Of a stretch of 64,000 nucleotides of DNA, positions 60,522 to 64,000 are shown in pieces (within the stretch, counting starts at the first letter, position 1; each line of letters starts with the position of its first letter). The stretch lies in the NCBI GenBank assembly GCA_034439575.1, contig JAWXAQ010000008.1:256001-320000 (forward strand), read 5' to 3'. Origin of the DNA: Leptospira sp. Lineage in GTDB: Bacteria; Spirochaetota; Leptospiria; Leptospirales; Leptospiraceae. The translations under genes were made by a program, and so were the position numbers. A model generated the notes under the pieces. That model was not told where the DNA came from, searched no databases, and saw only the letters and a program-made list of their open reading frames with translations.

Positions 60522-61562
60522 ATGAGTAAATCCAAGAATCCATATTGTATTAAAGCAATATTCAAAAAAATATTTTTAGGTTTCAGTCTATCTATCGTTA
60601 TTTGCTTTTTTTTACTCGGTGTTTATTATTTTGTTCATAAAAACAAATTAGAATTAGTTGAGAAAGAGTGGAATTTGCGAAAAATTCCAATTCCTTTACA
60701 TATAGGAACAACAGAGACTCTATCAATATTACCTCTCATCAATTGGCATAGTTTTAATTCGAATTTGAAAACGGAATTGGGAGTTTCATATTTAATTAAA
60801 ATAGATAATCACAATATACTTTTTGATTTAGGTCAGAACAGATTAGAAGAAGATCCGTCCCCTCTTGAACATAATATGAATTTACTTAACATCGATTACA
60901 ATGATATAGATTCAATATTTATATCACACGGACATTTTGATCATGTAGGCGGAAGAAAATGGGAGAAGGCTCATACATTTTCTTTTGGAAATCTGCAAAG
61001 AGACTTAAGTAGAAAATTGATTTTTGCTTCATCTGCGCTTCAATACCCAGGTGCTGTCGTGAAAGAAATTCTTGAACCTTCACTGTTATTTGAGGGTGTC
61101 GCAAGTCTTGGACCTATTCCAAGAAAACTATTTATTGGAAGAATCGATGAGCAGGCGTTAGTTATCAATGTAAAGAATAAAGGCCTCGTAATCATCTCTG
61201 GATGTGGTCACCAAACACTACTGAAAATTTTGCAAAGGGTAAAAGAATCCTTCTCTGAACCTATATATGGAATCATTGGGGACTTACATTACCCTGTACC
61301 AAATGGAAGGTTGAATATCCTTGGCCTAAATGCCCAACTTTTATTTGCTTCCGGAACAGATCCATTTCAACCTATATCATCAGAAGAAATTGAATCAGAA
61401 ATCAACTCACTGAAAGAATTAAATTTGGGGGCGATTGGTCTAGGCGGTCATGATAGCAGTGATGAAGTGATTTCCAAATTCAAGGAAACCTTTGGACATA
61501 AATTTCATAGGATACTTGTCGGAAAATGGATACATATAGCCCAATCATTCAAGACTAAATGA
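60522..61562 (+). CDS. Membrane-anchored MBL-fold metallo-hydrolase
   Basis: N-terminal TM; E.GVSYLI, ILFDLG, ISHGHFDHVGG (HxHxDH), EQAL, SGCGH, IGDLH. Confidence 0.88.
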   Translation: MSKSKNPYCIKAIFKKIFLGFSLSIVICFFLLGVYYFVHKNKLELVEKEWNLRKIPIPLHIGTTETLSILPLINWHSFNSNLKTELGVSYLIKIDNHNILFDLGQNRLEEDPSPLEHNMNLLNIDYNDIDSIFISHGHFDHVGGRKWEKAHTFSFGNLQRDLSRKLIFASSALQYPGAVVKEILEPSLLFEGVASLGPIPRKLFIGRIDEQALVINVKNKGLVIISGCGHQTLLKILQRVKESFSEPIYGIIGDLHYPVPNGRLNILGLNAQLLFASGTDPFQPISSEEIESEINSLKELNLGAIGLGGHDSSDEVISKFKETFGHKFHRILVGKWIHIAQSFKTK

Positions 61563-61620
61563 AAGTATCACTTATACTATTATAATTAATTTAAAAATAA
61601 CTAAGAAAGAGGAGATTCGT

Positions 61621-62025
61621 ATGAATTTTAAAATGCCATCAAATTTCAAAAAGGCTTATTTTGTAGAACTAGATAAATACAAAACTGCGTTAATAGAAAA
61701 TCGTAAACAGGATGCATGGCTTTATTTAGAAAGAGCGCATATTATCGGTCAATACCATCCGGTACCTCATACGGGTATTCATTTTCGTATGTTAGTTTTT
61801 GCTCTGAAAAATTGGGATACAAATGAAATTGTAGGTCAAACGTTGCGACTGTTAGTTGGATGGTTTGGAAGCCTTCTGAATCGTGTTCCAATAGGGAATA
61901 CTGGTAGCGCCAATATGCCAATCCTTGCACGGAGAGCCATTCCAGAAGATCTAACGGGATTACTAGCAAATGCAGATACAAGTATTTCAGGTTTAGCGGG
62001 GCTGAAGAAAAATTCTCAAAGTTAG
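61621..62025 (+). CDS. DUF3703 family protein
   Basis: AW.YLERAHIIGQ...VPH...H..ML..A....D..E..GQ.LRL.......L..VP.GNTG.AN.......IPEDL. Confidence 0.85.
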   Translation: MNFKMPSNFKKAYFVELDKYKTALIENRKQDAWLYLERAHIIGQYHPVPHTGIHFRMLVFALKNWDTNEIVGQTLRLLVGWFGSLLNRVPIGNTGSANMPILARRAIPEDLTGLLANADTSISGLAGLKKNSQS

Positions 62026-62032
62026 TTGGAAT

Positions 62033-63040
62033 ATGATCTTTTTTAAAAACCTAATATTATTAAGTCCTGGGATCGGGTTTTGTCTTTTTATCGCTTGGGT
62101 AGCAAATATAATTTATAATCTGACTGGAAATAATATACCTGCTATGACATTGGCAATATTGATCGGTATCATTTTTGGAAATACTATCAAAATTCCGAAT
62201 ATTATGCAAGCAGGGATACTCTTTTCACTTAGAAATATCCTTCGTCTAGCTGTTATATTTTTAGGATTTAGGATTACCTTTCAAGAAATTATCGAAATTG
62301 GTTTAGCTGGAATCGTCATTGATTTGTTAGTTGTCATACTTACTTTTTTTTTCGCGATGTGGTTGTCATTAAAAGTTTTTAAATTAGAACGCGAATTGGC
62401 TTATTTGATTGCTGCGGGTTCTGCTATATGTGGCGCATCCGCCATTCTCGCCACGGCTCCAATTTTAAAATCTCAGAATCATAATAATACAATAGCGGTG
62501 GCTCTCGTGACGGTTTTTGGGACAATATCCATGTTTTCCTATCCACTTCTATTTCAATTTGGATTCCTACCTGGATTTGATGAGATCAGCTTGGGCATAT
62601 TTGTGGGCGCTTCGATTCATGAAATAGGACAAGTGATATCGGCAGGATTTGCCGTTTCGGCAATTTCAGGAAATACTGCCTTGTTAGTAAAATTAGCAAG
62701 AGTTATGTTACTTGCTCCGTTTTTATTTATATTAAGTTTTTATATAGCAAAAAAATCAGAATATAAATTGAACCAAACAGAACAAATTAAAATTCCATGG
62801 TTTGTTTTGTTTTTTATTGGGATCGCTGCCATAAATTCTTTTTACCAAATACCAACTAACATAAATACTGGTTTAAGTCAAATCGGTATGAATTTGATGT
62901 CAGTATCAATGGCCGCACTAGGATTGGAAACTAACTTTAAAAAAATACTTCAAGTAGGTGTTAAACCTTTGTATGTCGGATTTTTGTTGACGCTGTTCTT
63001 GTTTAGCATCGGATTCATTTTAACTACTGTTATCTATTAA
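62033..63040 (+). CDS. YeiH/UPF0324 family putative sulfate exporter
   Basis: LR.AV..LGF, LIAAG.AICGASAILA..P, G..IHE.GQV..A, VKL.RV.LL.P, PWF...F, MAALGL.T. Confidence 0.92.
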   Translation: MIFFKNLILLSPGIGFCLFIAWVANIIYNLTGNNIPAMTLAILIGIIFGNTIKIPNIMQAGILFSLRNILRLAVIFLGFRITFQEIIEIGLAGIVIDLLVVILTFFFAMWLSLKVFKLERELAYLIAAGSAICGASAILATAPILKSQNHNNTIAVALVTVFGTISMFSYPLLFQFGFLPGFDEISLGIFVGASIHEIGQVISAGFAVSAISGNTALLVKLARVMLLAPFLFILSFYIAKKSEYKLNQTEQIKIPWFVLFFIGIAAINSFYQIPTNINTGLSQIGMNLMSVSMAALGLETNFKKILQVGVKPLYVGFLLTLFLFSIGFILTTVIY

Positions 63041-63061
63041 TTTAAGAAATGTAAAATTACA

Positions 63062-63265
63062 ATGATTAAAATATTTACTATCATGTTTTCACTTCTATCC
63101 GTCTCATTATTTGCAGAAAATGAAGATTTAATATTTGGAAATTAATTTCTTCCTGAAAAAGATCAAGTTATAGAGCTTTATCTATGTGATGGAAACTCAA
63201 ATATGCTGGCAAAAAATAAACAAACAAGTTTAGACTTTGATATGTGGCAATGTATAAAAAAGTAG
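63062..63265 (+). pseudogene. Probable DUF2147-like exported protein pseudogene
   Basis: ATG 63062: MIKIFTIMFSLLSVSLFAENEDLIFGN*FLPEKDQVIELYLCDG. The TAA at 63143 sits where the conserved Trp of 'I.G.W..P.....IEI..C' is expected; the sequence decays afterwards. Confidence 0.5.
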
Positions 63266-63292
63266 ATTTGTTTATACATTGAATTTTTCCTG

Positions 63293-63388
63293 CGCCAGGA
63301 ATCGAAGCGGAAATCCCTCCAAGGAGAAATGGATTAAGGTGGAATCCCCAGATTTTTCAGGAGGATTGTAGCGGAGAGTCCGGTCGGT
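63293..63388. repeat. Structured intergenic element (REP/MITE-like)
   Basis: Two AGCGGA copies (63306, 63370) flank an AATCCCTCC/GGAGGATT inverted repeat, with outer CCAGGA/TCCGG arms. Only one copy lies in this window. Confidence 0.35.
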
Positions 63389-63476
63389 GACAGTAAAAAA
63401 TGGGAAAATTGAAAAAGATCCGAGGCGCCCAAGGATTTAATAAAATCTAAATTTGTTAGAAAAATTAAGTAAGCGC

Positions 63477-63505
63477 TTGACAAGGAAACGTATGTATAGT
63501 ATTTT
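63477..63505 (+). promoter_or_regulatory. Sigma70-type promoter
   Basis: TTGACA-N17-TATTTT. Confidence 0.5.
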
Positions 63506-63532
63506 GAACTCGGGCTTTCCAACCATTTGATC

Positions 63533-63576
63533 GGGGGCTTTAGGCAAAATTTATTCCCTATAGCCCCCCTTTTTTT
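63533..63576 (+). terminator. Rho-independent terminator
   Basis: GGGGGCT-T-TAGG...CCTA-T-AGCCCCC stem followed by a T7 run. Confidence 0.8.
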
Positions 63577-63636
63577 CCCTGTCAGAACCTACCTTTAGGC
63601 TAGCTTTTTTTTAGATTTGTTTATGATGATGTGCAT

Positions 63637-64000
63637 ATGAAATGGCGCATGTTTCAAATCTCCCTTCTCCTTTTGTTCATTTTTCATTTTCCTGTCACCC
63701 TATTTGCCGATGCGAAAAAGGCTGAATCTTTATACCAGGCGATTCTTAAAAATGGTTGGTTGGAAGAAAAAAAAGAATTGGGCCGTCGCTTAGGGGGTAT
63801 GGGTGCACCAGCTGAAAGTTATATTTTAAAACTTTTGAATCATGATAGTTATTGGGAACGTCATGCTGGTATTGAAGCCTGTTTGAAATTCAATTCACCT
63901 CCAGTTAACAAGAAGTTGGTGAATTTGTATTTGGAAGATCATATGACTGATTCTGAGGCAGAAAGAGTTTTAAAAGAAAATGTAAATCGGTATATGCCAA
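63637..64000 (+). CDS. Exported HEAT-repeat-like protein, truncated by the window end
   Basis: Not in the ORF track. ATG 63637: MKWRMFQISLLLLFIFHFPVTLFADAKKAESLYQAIL...LGGMGAPAESYILKLLNHDSYWERHAGIEACL..., open to the edge. Confidence 0.7.
   Translation, partial: MKWRMFQISLLLLFIFHFPVTLFADAKKAESLYQAILKNGWLEEKKELGRRLGGMGAPAESYILKLLNHDSYWERHAGIEACLKFNSPPVNKKLVNLYLEDHMTDSEAERVLKENVNRYMP

Noticed and set aside
60522-61562. Metallo-beta-lactamase antibiotic-resistance gene
   Set aside because: HxHxDH plus the SGCGH/GDLH motifs point to a non-lactamase MBL-fold hydrolase family.
724-63522. Numerous 60-125 aa ORFs in the track lying antisense to or out of frame within long genes (e.g. 6445-6672, 10237-10563, 14282-14656, 39661-39936, 47679-48026)
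   Set aside because: They are shadows of well-supported genes, with no recognisable motifs or RBS.
63334-63522. 62-aa minus-strand ORF
   Set aside because: It overlaps the structured element and the predicted promoter and has no protein-like features; the region is better explained as non-coding.
1-64000. CRISPR arrays, tRNA/rRNA genes, IS transposases
   Set aside because: No regularly spaced direct repeats, cloverleaf or rRNA-like segments, or transposase motifs were seen by eye; a covariance-model scan would be needed to exclude small RNAs fully.

Overview
AT-rich bacterial chromosomal segment, almost certainly Leptospira. The evidence is spirochaetal lipoproteins, TRL-like, Lcl/DUF1566 and OmpL47-like proteins, a HemR-type box and the Leptospira-type topoisomerase pair; a saprophytic or environmental lineage is likely but cannot be proven here. 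Most of the window is core chromosome: hemO+MFS, an OlsB-like acyltransferase, polA, gltX, a type IIA topoisomerase pair, dprA, avtA, cutA, acpS, bactofilin, msrA and several signalling proteins. I saw no rRNA, tRNA, CRISPR array, transposase or integrase. The best candidate for an undescribed system is a ~9.5 kb polyamine/GABA utilisation cluster (ydcSTUV-like ABC importer divergent from gabD-gabT-patD). It ends in an 'inverted' soluble chemoreceptor with a minimal MCP signalling hairpin at the N-terminus, a dCache sensor at the C-terminus and no membrane anchor. Other highlights: (1) a DegT-fold protein lacking the PLP lysine, coupled to an ATP-grasp ORF that appears to start at a non-canonical ATA; (2) a phage-T4-like topoisomerase II without the CTD; (3) OmpR/PhoB-type direct-repeat boxes before hemO and before an ornithine-lipid/PiT-like operon; (4) two pseudogene relics missed by the ORF track; (5) a candidate ~65-nt small RNA near the window end. 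All family assignments come from recognising motifs by eye, not from database searches.
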